A stretch of DNA of 64,000 nucleotides, taken from assembly GCF_964204645.1 (NCBI RefSeq), contig NC_134029.1, positions 12,922,850 to 12,986,849 on the forward strand, read 5' to 3'. The translations under genes and the position numbers were made by a program. Positions 25,087 to 37,745 of the stretch are shown here, in pieces. This DNA comes from Tubulanus polymorphus (Eukaryota; Animalia; Nemertea). The first letter of the stretch is position 1; each line of letters begins with the position of its first letter. The notes under the pieces were generated by a model. It searched no databases and had not been told where the DNA came from. It saw only the letters and a list, made by a program, of their open reading frames with translations.

Positions 25087-26333
25087 TTAAAATTTAAAAT
25101 ATAATATTCCTCCGAACACAATTCCTATACAAGTTAAAGCTAATTTAGTATTTTCATGGGATATCATTTATCATTATCTGTTTTAATTATATCATGTTGA
25201 ATATTATCAGTTTTAATATTTTCTGATGTATTATAATCCGGTTTAGAATCATTATTTAATTTAATATTCTTAGTTTTAGTTTCTGTTGATTGAATATGTT
25301 TTTTATTTTTTTCACCATCCATTAATTTTGGAGCAGTAATAATCTTTTTATTTATATCATTTAATCCAAATGAATTATTTATTGTTGCAGTTTTAATTAG
25401 ATTATTGTAACCAATTATGTTTCCCATCTTTAATACTAAATCATTAGAAATAATTAATAGATTAGGGCCTATACAATAATTTAGTCTTACATGAGATTTA
25501 TCTAAATAATTTTAATATCTTACAATGTTTTCTTGAATCAATCTATTTTTATCATTATGAATTGAATCTTCAAATAATACTTTAAATTGTTTCTGCGCAT
25601 CGAATGAAGTGTTATCATTTCCAATTATTGGGGATCTTGTTTCAACTTGCGCACCTAAAATACAAATTAAATAAGTTCTAATAGATTGATTTATTCTTTG
25701 TATACCAGCTTTAGTAAAACCTTCACTATTTTCTAAAATGAAATAAACCCAACCATTATTATTTTGTTGTTGTATATTATTATAATATTTTGGTAATTCA
25801 TTCCAATTTAGTGTTCTTATATCTGAATTTGTCATTATTTTTCCAAATTCTTTAGTATATAATATTCCTAATCCACCCATTGTACCAATTTTTGCTCTAA
25901 AATCATTATTTGAATTGATATTAAATTCATTACATATTTTATAAAACTTGTATACATACTTTATAAAATATGTATGAAATCTAAAAAGTGATAACATCAA
26001 TGGTAAACTTGGTTTGTTTAAATGATCATTCCAACTAATTCCTCATCCGGTTGTTGCGCAATAAACAGCAAAATTTAATTGGTTCTGCCAATACTTCATA
26101 TTAGATTTTAATAACCATTGTTTTGCCTCATTTAAATTTTTGAAATTAAGTGTATACACATGAAATATATTTTCCATCTTAACATTAAAATAATTAGTTT
26201 CAGTAACATAAATATATAAATCAATTAATGAATTTAAAATTTCATTTCTATATGTAATATCTTTATTAAAATCTATTGCAGATATATTATATTTAATTGA
26301 TTTATCATATTGGAAAGCTTTTGGAAACCCCAT
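25087..26333 (-). pseudogene. Polinton ORF of unknown function with C-terminal TM helix
   Basis: ORFs 26043-26333, 25512-26000 and 25164-25427 share one frame separated by single stops (YWQNQLNFAVYCATTG*GISW..HL, RFHTY, GFTKAGIQRINQSIRTY..CILGAQ..TRS.I.G, GYNN.I). A frameshift near 25165 leads into LALTCIGIVFGGILYFKF. Confidence 0.75.
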
Positions 26334-26349
26334 TCATATAATTAAAAAA

Positions 26350-26775
26350 TTAATAATCAACTACTTCTTTTAATAATTTCTCTTGTTCTTCAACTGTTAT
26401 ATGACCATTTAAACTTATTATATAATCTAGTGTATTCTTTAATTTATTAATTTCTTTTATATTAGTTTTAATTTTTTCTTAATTACTTTTTATATTTAAT
26501 TTTGAACTTATACCAGTTAAAACACTTGAACTTAATCCTTATACGCCAATTGATATAGCTAAAGGTGTTAATGGGCTGAATATTGCTAGAAATGTTATTA
26601 CAGAACTAATTGTAACCGAACCACTGATAATAAAATAATATATAATTTTAGATTTTAAATATTTTTTCTTTTTAACTTTTAAATCATTTTCAAATTCTAA
26701 TATTTGTTTTTCTAAATATATTTTTAATTTAGTTTTATTTATATCATGAGGAATAATATCAATATTATCATCCAT
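26350..26775 (-). pseudogene. Small two-TM Polinton membrane protein
   Basis: IIYYFIISGSVTISSVITFLAIFSPLTPLAISIGV*GLSSSVLTGISS. The frame continues past stops to ~26350. TAAATG start. Confidence 0.6.
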
Positions 26776-26981
26776 TTATTTAGCAAAAAAATTACTAATT
26801 AGTAAATCTATATGCTACAAATATAAAAATAACTGTTCCACCTAAAATCCATATTATTTCATATTTCTGTTGTTCTTTACTTGGGGTATAATAATCTGAT
26901 AATTTAGGTTTGTATAGATGTTATTTTTCTTTATTGGTTACCGCGTTATATAAACTCATTGCATCATCAACTGATAAAGAC

Positions 26982-27140
26982 TATGTAAAGCTATGATAAT
27001 CATTCTCATTCCGGGATGCAATAAAGATTGTACATATAAGGTTTAACTGCCTTGTTGTTCCTGATGGATGGAATCCTGTACCGCTGGTGTAAATGCTAGT
27101 TCCCCAGCCAGCCTGCCGATACAACAACCAGCCGGTTACA
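26982..27140 (+). repeat. 5' LTR remnant (3' 159 bp only)
   Basis: Matches 33607-33765, ends GGTTACA and is followed by the PBS. Confidence 0.92.
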
Positions 27141-27557
27141 GATGGTGGAGAACCCAAATTTAAGTCCTCGTGACTTACACAAGTACAGACGAAGCTGCTG
27201 ATATACGGATTGTGACTGAAACATACCACAAAATAGAAGATCGCATTCAACTACACTTGTGACAAGACCGTGCTGATCGCCGAAATCGCTGCTGTTTTGG
27301 TGGATACAACACATTATGGTAACTTGTTGTCAGCCATAGGTATTATAATTGAATCTTTGTCTCGAATTAGTGGTCGGATATTGAGTATAGGAAATTATAG
27401 CTGTTTGAGTTTTAGCGTGAGCATTACCGTGTAGTTGAGTAGTTTGATATATATCTCAAGTTTCGATTGTTCAATTCAAAGTATTTTTCTAGCTATACAT
27501 TATTCATAATCAGTTTCATTTCGTTCTGTACACTTACGTGGTATACACTTCAAAAAG

Positions 27558-30500
27558 ATGAAGCGCATACATTGTTGTAAGGATGTTTGTCGCAAAGAAG
27601 CATCTCGATTATGGGTACCTGATATCAATGCCGCTGATATAAGCTTAGTTTCAGGGTTGAATCGGAATATTATAAACGTTGATATTAATAAACACTCCCA
27701 ACGAGCATTAGTCAATACAGGTGCATCAATTTCATGTATTGCTAGATCAACGATAGAAAGATGTATCAAAGATCCCATATATAGTGATTCGGATATAAAC
27801 ATTATTAGAGGAGTTTGTGGGGAAGCACATTCAGTAATTGGTAGAATTGATGTACCCATTTGCATTCAATCTCATGTATTAACGCATAAGTTTTATGTAT
27901 TCGATAGGCTACATACAGATGTCATTCTAGGACTGGATTTTTTGAAGGAAAACAATGTAAACATTGACCTTGCATCAGGCACAATTGAATTTAAAGATGT
28001 TTCGATTCCATTAAAGATTCTTAGGAATAAACAAGAGCTGTACAGAAATAAAGCTAAAACGGTTAACAGGATAGTTATTTCACCAAATACTAAACAAATA
28101 GTTCAAATAAGTGTCGATACGTTGGCGGAAGGTTCATTGGTTGTTTTTGAACCATACAACCACAAGTTATTGAATAAATGTTTAGGTGGAGGTAAAACAT
28201 TATGCAAAATCACGGACGGAAAAATTTTCGCTACTATTGTGTATCCTACTAATGAACCAATTCAAATTTCAAAAGATTATGGGCTTGGATTTGCATACAA
28301 TGTAACTGACGATGATTGTTTCGATTTCGCAGATGACAATACTAGTGCAAACATTTTCTCCGTTGATACTGATACACCACGAAATTATGATGAAAAAATT
28401 AAAATAGCGGAAAATTTAGGCATAAAAATTCCAGAAAACTCAGGATTGACTCTGGAACAAAAAGAGAGATTAATGTATTTAATTGGATGTAATAGGTCAA
28501 TATTTGCTAGTAACTTACAGGAAATCGGCAAAACTTCATTAGTAACCCATAAGATAGAAACAACTGATGACGACCCTATAATTCAAAGACCTTATCGCAA
28601 AAGTCCACACTTGAGACAGGTAGAAAACGACTTGGTTAACGAACTGTTAGATGCCGATCTTATTGAACCAACTGATTCTGTTTTCAATAATCCTGTGGTT
28701 TTGGTCACAAAACCAGACAATACGTATAGGTTTACTATTGATTTTAGAAAACTGAATTCGAAGACCGTAACGCAATCATTTCCACTACCTCATTTTGATG
28801 ATGTATTCGACACTATAGCCGATGCTAAACCCATGATATTTAGTAAATTAGATCTTAATTCAGGATTTCACCAGATACCGCTACATGAAGAATCGCGTCA
28901 TAAAACAGCTTTTCAAACGACACAAGGCAAAATGTGCTTCAAAAGAATGCCGATGGGAATTAAAAATGGTCCTATGGCTTTTCAGATGCTTATGTCAAAA
29001 TGTTTAGGTCATTTGAATTGGCAATATGTATTGTGTTTCATTGATGATCTCATCATATTCTGTCAAGATTTTGACAGTCACTTAATTCATTTATCGAATG
29101 TTTTTGAGAAGCTTAAACAAGCCGGTCTAACTGCGAAACCGACTAAGTGTGAATTTGCTGTCCCAGACATTGAATATCTAGGTTATACGTTATCAGCCGA
29201 GGGTCTTCGTACTTGTAAAAAGAACATCGAAAAGGTTGACAGCTTTCCAGTTCCGACCAATGTCAAACAATTACGAAGTTTTCTAGGGTTGACAAATTTT
29301 TACAGGAAATTCATTCAAAATTATGCATCAATAGTTTCTCCCTTGAATGCTTTGAACTGTAAAGATGTGAAGTTCAAATGGACCCCTGATTGTCAGAAAG
29401 CTTTTGATACGCTTAAACAGAAATTAACTAGTGATCCAATTTTGATATTCCCTGATTTCAATTCTCGTTTCTATCTCTCGGTTGACTCTTCGGACTAAGC
29501 TATTGGTTACGTTTTGTCTCAGAAAAAGAATAATTTAGAACATGTTATCGGATATGGTGGTCGCGTGTTACGTGTAAACGAAAAGAAATGGCATATTAGT
29601 GATAAGGAAGGATTAGCTTTGATTGAAGGAATTCAGAATTTTCATCCCTACCTGATTGGAAATGAATTCACTGTGTATACTGATAGCAAAAGTTTAACGT
29701 ATATTCATGAAAACCGACTAAATAAACGTATAGGACGTTGGGAATTGGCTCTTCAAGCATATAATTTTTCTGTTGAACACCGACCGGGTAAGAAAAATGG
29801 CAATTGCGACGGTTTAAGTAGACGAGATTATGATAAACCTCCTCCTCCTAGACCTGATGATCCTTCACAAGAAACTGTTTTCACAGCAATGAAAAATGGA
29901 TCTCAGTCTTATGAAGTCGTGTTTGATTATACTAGCCCCGTGGTGGCTGAGTTAACTCCTGATACTTATAAGGAGATTGAACTGATTAAACCTGCTAATA
30001 TAACTCACTTACAGCGGAATTGCACTGAAGTTTGTCACATGTTGGAACATAAGTTAGATCCATCATATGCTGTCAACGATGAAAAACTGTTTCGAAAGCT
30101 CAGTTGGAGGGCCGACCAATATGGTATTATCGATGGCACGTTATATTATTTGTATACGCCTAGAGTTACTGGTATTCCTAAAGCCGAGAAGGTCATCCCA
30201 GTTCTTGAAGTTCCTAGGTCATTACGGTCGAAAATATTGAAAGCTTACCACGATTCATTAGTGGGGGGTTGCCACCAGGGTCGAGATCGTCTTTATGGTG
30301 TTTTACGTAATAAATATCATTTGGATTCCATGTATGAAGATTGCGGGAAATATGTTTCTACTTGTGAGAATTGCCAACAGGTCAAACGGAATTATCATAG
30401 TCATCCAACACCCTTACAACCATTACCAATTGAAGGCTTATTCTCCAGATGGCACATTGACTTCCTTTGCAATCTTCCGGAGACACCTGATGGCTATAAG

Positions 30501-32471
30501 CATATCCTACTCGTAGTAGATAGCTGGAGTAAATGGCCCGAGGCTTTTCCTCTCAAAACTCAGGAAACAACAGAGGTAGCAAAGGTTCTCTTTAAAGAGA
30601 TATTTTCGCGGTATGGTGCGCCTCATTCTTTAGTCTCTGATCGCGGTAAAACATTTATGTCTAAGTTAGTTGGAGCTCTCTGTGAATTGTTTCACGTGAA
30701 ACAACATTTCACCGCTCCGTACCATCCTCGATCAAACTCAGTTTGCGAGAGAACTAACCAATACATTTGGCAGTCGCTTAGATCGTATTGTAACCAGGAT
30801 CAGACTAATTGGGATACACTAATGCCAAGTGTAATGATGAGTTATAGGCATGTTCCCTCAACTGAAGGTTCAGGTTTTAGCCCTTACCACATGTTATTTG
30901 GTCAAGAAATGCGTTTACCAATAGACACGGCTTTAATTCCACGCCAATCGTTAGCTACTGATCATAAGGCATACTTATCACATATATTAAGGCAGCTGGT
31001 CATATCACGAAATATTGCTAACGAGAATATTAAAAGAGCTCAAAATAAGTATAAAACTCAGTTCGATAAAAAGGCATCAAAACCTCAGTTTCAGATTACT
31101 GATCGCGTTTGGCTAAAAGTCATGAAAGTTAAGAAAGGAAAATCACCAAAGCTGTGTAAAAAATACGTAGGTCCCTATTTCATTCAGTCAATAGCTAGTA
31201 AAGGGGCTTATCAATTACGAAGAATCTCTGATAACGTTTTACTCCCATCGCATGTCAATGGGAACCGTCTTAAGTTATACAAAGATCCTTCATCGCGTCC
31301 GAATTATGAAGAGGTCGCATGGGATGGTTCAACAGCTGAGGAAAACCCTGAATTATTCGACGAGATTCATGGGCGCTTAAAATCTAAACCTAGCAATCTA
31401 GCTGATACTCCAACTGACACTCAAATTTCGGCAGACGATAACAAAGATAGACCGGTCGTTACTGACACTTTCAATAAATCAGATATTCAGAAAATTCTAC
31501 AGTACAAACTAGAAAATGGTTTATGTAAATATCGCGTAAAATGGAAGTCAGATTTAAATCGTGAAAATTCTTGGGAATTAGGAAAATGGATCCCAAATAA
31601 ACTAATTCGACACTTTCACGAAAACTATGCGGCATCAGGCAAAAAACGTAAGAAACCTTGCAAAAGTAAGTTTTTTGATCGCATTACAGACAATGCTGAT
31701 AATAATCAGGGAAATCAAAACGATCGAAATGATAACGAGAATGACGTAGCAAATATTATAATCACAAATAGAGATAGATGTCAGGGTAGTGAATTAGAGA
31801 TACGTGCAAAACCTAGAAGAAAATTAAATGGAACCGTAATACAGGGTGTATACGTTACTTATGATCGCTTCCAGGAATTTGATAATCAGATATCTAATGA
31901 TGGCTCATCAAATAATGAGAATGTAAATAGTGTATATTGTTCAGCTCGATCGAAAACTCACCAAGAACATACAATTGAGGAAAGCGTTAAGAGTAGTTCA
32001 GATTCAAGTAATGTCGCTATCGAAGAGGCTATTCGGACGGGAAATCGTCGGGCGTTATGTCCATGCCCTACAGGACAAACTATAGTTGCCACTAACTTTC
32101 AGAATAATGTGCTATTCGTAAAATATTATCATGGCAGTCCATGGTACAGGGCATCGAATCGCGATTGGTTTGAAATAAGTGATTATGGAAAAACTCTCGA
32201 ACAGCTATGGGGTATTAATCATGTCATTTCTGCGAATGAAAAGCCTCCCACCGAAATTGAACTCAGAAAATTCGGCGGACCATTAGCCAATAGGGCCGTA
32301 TCAACTCGTTTCAACGACCAGGGTGTCTTAGAATATTATGTTCTATTTGGGCGCTTTGCTCCACCTTTATGGCTGCCTTGGTATGAAACACCTCCTGGCA
32401 TACAGAGTCAGTACGCTTCGCATTTGAAATCAATTTCGTCGAAACTCAATAGTTACGGTAGGTTTTCTTAA
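27558..32471 (+). pseudogene. pol: Gypsy pol polyprotein: protease, RT, RNase H, integrase, chromodomain, C-terminal extension
   Basis: ALVNTGAS (catalytic D to N). RFTIDFRKLN, KLDLNSGFHQI, FIDD. VDSSD*AIGYVLSQ (stop at 29496). H-H-C-C zinc finger, WHIDF, SDRG, ERTN, GPY/F. IQKIL...YRVKWK...NSWE. Confidence 0.96.
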
Positions 32472-33197
32472 GTTTCCCGGATATCATATGAATATCAGCG
32501 ATAGTCGTTTTAAGTGAAGTGCATGAAATCATTCGTAGAAAACACGTCAAATAACGTATCATAAATCTGATACGAGACATGATATAATATAACGTGGATT
32601 AATTGAGACTGCGATGATAAGTGTTAATACAGTTCAATTATGCTGGTGGTGTCATCTTTGCTCAATTACTATGGTTATTCTTTATTTACTTCTGACCACT
32701 TTTTTTGGATAATGATCAGTTTTTTTTCTTTTGGTTGACAAGGGTAACTGTATTTGTGTGGTGTCATTGCCTGAACACTGTTCTGATGTCAGATGTTGCA
32801 TGTTACTATCATTGTGTCATGAAGTTATTTCCAGTCAGTAATCGGAAGATCTTCAAAACGGAGAAATGCGTACCAGTACTACTTGCAATCACCAACCGGA
32901 CTCTATAACTACACAACACGTCGTTACCTCTGTTCCTTCGTCGCAGAATCAGCCAGAATTCGGGGATCCTTTGCAGATAATTACAATTAACGTATCATCG
33001 CATTGACCGTATATAACGACAACATGTGACTCTTTCGTGAATGACTAATCATCCGGATGTTACTGTCCAGCGTTTGCACATTTTCGCGCGGTGAAACTCA
33101 TTATACGTTCTCGCAGTGGAAGGAGTTTTAATGAACTTATACCATCTGCGTTTTCCGCAAATTTGGAGTACCAAATTTAATTGGACAAGGGGGCATC

Positions 33198-33765
<568 letters not shown>

Positions 33766-36316
33766 GTTTTATATGAATACATTTTAGATCTAATACCTAT
33801 GAACTCTATCATTTCTTCACCACCTAATTCATCTTCGAATTTACCAGGAACTTTTTTATTATCATTGTTAAACAATTCATGATCTTTAGGATAGTTACTG
33901 AAATCAAAATGATGTTTTAATGTTTTTAAATCATCAGTTATGTTATTAGTTTTTATCTTTAATATGTAACTGTCGGTATCAAATTGTAATACATTATAAT
34001 ATAATTCATACATTAATAACTTTGATATTTCTAAAACTGATGCTCCAACATAAATTGGTTTATTAAATTTCATTGATGTTCTTCTCATTTTAACTGCGGC
34101 TAAATTTTCATCAAATATTCTGTTACCTATAAATTTAGGATATGTTTGTAAATGCCTTATCCTTTTGCCATTACTTACTAACTCAATATCATTTCTATTT
34201 CTAATATTTTCACAAGTCTTACCATAGAATGCATTATTCATTAACTTGAAGAAATCTTTCTCAAAATCAGTTTTAGCTTCAGTTCTCTGTTTGGTGTTAA
34301 AATCTATATATTTTTCTAACCACTTAGATTGACTAAATGAAATATATCTATGTACTTTTTTTAGGATCATTCCTTGTTTTAGATAAAACTTTAACATCCG
34401 ATAATGCACTACATAATTATATTTATCTTCTTGAGTTACCATTAACTTTTCTGTATGAATATGATTTTCGGGTTTAATTCTTTTTTGATAATTTGATAAT
34501 TCTTCATGAGTTACAGTTTTATGTTCTGGACAGTATGCTAGATTTCTAGATTTAAATTTAATATGTTCAGGGTATTCTAAATCTACAACAAAAAAGTAAC
34601 CAGTATCTGAATCGTCTGCAATATCTAGAATCCTTTTCTTCCAATCAAATTTATCATTATTTTCATGTTGTAAAACTTCACTTATTTCAAATACTCCTTA
34701 AGGTTGTGGTTCCATCATTGCCCAACCATATAGATTATTTGCATCTATATATTATAATTTATATCCAGGGTTAAAAAATCCAGGAAAAAATCATTTTCAT
34801 TAGAATTTAATTTCTTTCTTTTATAATATTTTTCTTTTCTATCTTGATCAGTTAGTTCCTTATTTAATGATTCAAAATCTCCATATATTACAAATGGTAC
34901 TTTATTTTTGTAATCCTATTTTTTGAATTCTAATATTTTATCCTTTTCATTTGGTAAAACTAATTTACATTAATCATGATTATCACATAATTGTTTATGA
35001 TTTAATAATGTACTTTCATTACTGAATCTATGTAAACATTTTCTACATAGATATATTTTATGGTTATCATTTTCTGATTTAAAAAATAAATCGAATTGTT
35101 TAATCCACATATAATGATTTTCATAATATAATATATCTATAACATCATTTGAATCATAATGTTTTGATAGGTATAAAGGTTCTAATGTATAATGTTTTAT
35201 ATTGTTACCTTTTGTATTTGGTAATTTGATTAAATCAAATACATTTATTCTTAAATTATTATCTCTTTCTATTTTTGGGATATTTTTAATTCTAACAGGA
35301 TACTTATCTATCTTATAATTATTTTAAAATTGTTTATAATTTGTTAATCTATAAGTATGTTGTTTATAATCTTCAACTGGGTGTAAGCAACTTATTATAG
35401 CCCATAGAAAACATTTATCATCAAAATTTTGTACATTTATTACAGCATTAGTTTTAAATGGTAGTTTAATATAACTCGATGCTTCAATATCTGGTTCTTT
35501 ATAATATGATACATTATTTTCATCAATTGGTTTTGATTGAGTTAACTTATTATATTTTGTGTTATAAACATGTAAAGTCATAAATATTATCTCATCAAAT
35601 ATTAAACCAGATCCTTCAAAATATTTCTCTTCTATTTTAGTTTTTACTTCATTATAACATTTATCTAATTTTTCATCTATATGTTGTTTTGAAATAATAT
35701 GTTGTGAATGAGAATTTATATTATATATTGGTTTATCTTCAGATTTTATAAACTTTACTTTAGAAGATATACTAATTTTAGGATATTCAACATCAGTTAT
35801 TATTTTTATAATATTGTTCATATTTTCTAAATGTTTTTTATTTTCTTCTAATGTTTTTCCTTTATGAACTTTAAACTCGATAGCTGCTGGACCAATATCA
35901 CTTTTAAATGCTTCGGTTATCTCTATATATTTTTTATTATCTAATGAATTAATATAATTTCTTACATCTTCCATGTATGGTCTTTTATTGTTTAATTTAT
36001 TTCTTATTCTTTTAATTGTCTTATGTTTCTTATCGTCATCTTCATCAAAATAATCATTATTCATATTTCTAATATGACTTTTAGATTTTAAATGTTCATT
36101 ATAATATCTTTTATCACTGAATGATTGATTACATGTATCACATTTGTATGTTTCTTTTTCATTCTTTAATTCATCTAATTTAGTTTCTAATATATCATCT
36201 TCATATTCTAATTTCAATTCATTCTCTAAATGCATTTTAGTTTTATTGTGTCTTGATTTTTGGGATTTATCTATATTGATTTTACATGTTGAACAGTAGT
36301 ACTTATTTGCTTCCAT
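33766..36316 (-). pseudogene. polB: Protein-primed family B DNA polymerase (pPolB) with N-terminal C2H2 zinc fingers and terminal-protein region
   Basis: Two C2H2 fingers. SSYIKLP...INVQNFDDKCFLWAI, CRKCLHRF, ExoI IYGDFES, motif A YIDANNLYGWAM, motif B KLMNNAFYGK, motif C FDTDS, KKVPGKF, KMYS. Several stops, a large internal deletion, and the 3' end lost at the Gypsy insertion. Confidence 0.95.
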
Positions 36317-36371
36317 TTTAATACTAAATTCTTTTTTTAAAATTGATTTTAGAAGTTCAATGATTTAAATG

Positions 36372-36773
36372 TGAATTATTTCAATCACACTTTACTAACA
36401 CTTTTAATGTTTAAAAATCTAACTCATACAAATATAAATATTGAAACATGTTTAAAATATATCTATATATATATTCTATAAGAGCTCGTACTCTCGTACT
36501 CTGATCTGAAAGCCTACTTTTCTAATTACTTATATATGTTATTCATTTATATTTTATTCATGTATATGATTATGTTAAGAGTAATAGGGGTAATGGGCTT
36601 TCAGGTTAAAGGTTGAGAGGTTGAGAAATTTTACAAATGTGAAAATAATAGTAATTTCTAGTTGAATTAGGAGTGTGCGCGACTAATTCAACTAGAAATT
36701 ATTGTTATTTTCACATTTGGAAAATTTCTCGACCTCTCGACCTTTGGCTTGATAGCCCATTACCCCTATTACT
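36372..36773 (-). repeat. Right TIR of the Polinton; 36580-36773 is a 194-nt hairpin
   Basis: Reverse complement of 11214-11608. Loop gagtgtgcgcga. Confidence 0.95.
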
Positions 36774-37136
36774 CAGGTGGCTTAGCTCAGTCAGTTTTGG
36801 TGGTACATACCTGAAACCAGTCTTATTAGGACAAGAAAGCACTGGGAGTGGACCTAAATCATTGATTTTTAATCCATTCTTCACTTTATTGAAGGATATC
36901 CACAAAGTATTCACTGAAAGGGGTTAAAAAGAGAAAATTGACTCCATGATTTGACAGTTTAACAATATGTTTCCATGCCTACACACCAAACTTCAGTTGG
37001 TAGGCATGGAAACATTTTTAAACTTTCAAATCATGGAGTCTCTTTTCTCTCACGAACCCCTTTCAATGAAGACTTTTTTGGATATCCTTCAATAAAGTGA
37101 AGAATGGATTAAAAATCAATGTTTAAGGTCCACTGC

Positions 37137-37340
37137 GGTAAAAGTGCAGATCCGCACCTCTCCGCGTAAGCGGTTCAATCAATTTCATTAAATATCATTG
37201 TTTCAGATTCAATTTCATCAGGAATTCAGTACATTGCCATTGGCTAATAATAAGATATCTTCACTAGAAAGATTTTAGCCTGGATTCTGTCATTCAGCAG
37301 ATTGCGTCAATCATGAGAGGTGCGGATCTGTACTTTTACC
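37137..37340. mobile_element. MITE, Merlin-like (GGTAA termini, 8-bp TSD)
   Basis: TIR GGTAAAAGT(G/A)CAGATCCGCACCTCTC. TSD TCCACTGC at 37129-37136 and 37341-37348. Confidence 0.85.
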
Positions 37341-37745
37341 TCCACTGCCAGTAATTTCTGGTCCTAATAAGACTTTTATCAGGTATGTACCACCAAAACA
37401 GACTGAGCTAGGCCACCTGATGTGTGGTCTCAAGTCAAGTTGAATTGAAATAGACATTACGTCATTAGCCGTTGCGACGAGTGAGCAAATTGGTGAGAGA
37501 GCAAATTGGCTACTACAACCACACCATTAAATAATGTCCTCATGTCAAGTTTAAATATAGAATGAATGGTGTGAATTTTAGTTAATTAAAGATTTCATAT
37601 CGATATGAGCTTACTGTTTTGATCAGTTCAAAAACCTGGTGAAAAAAGGATAAATTCGAGCCTTGACTATTTTTGCACCGGTAGCTGGCGCCATCTAATT
37701 AACTAACACATCAGCGTTTCAGTCGTAGCGGAGTTCGGATTTTAG

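Noticed and set aside
15145-25104. Plus-strand ORFs 15145, 17002, 17857, 24799 and their repeats
   Set aside because: Antisense shadows of the AT-rich minus-strand viral genes, with no motifs.
13616-26045. Stop-codon reassignment or readthrough in the Polinton (many single in-frame stops)
   Set aside because: The stops replace different expected residues (TGA for W or C, TAA for L or Y) and co-occur with frameshifts and deletions. This fits ordinary decay.
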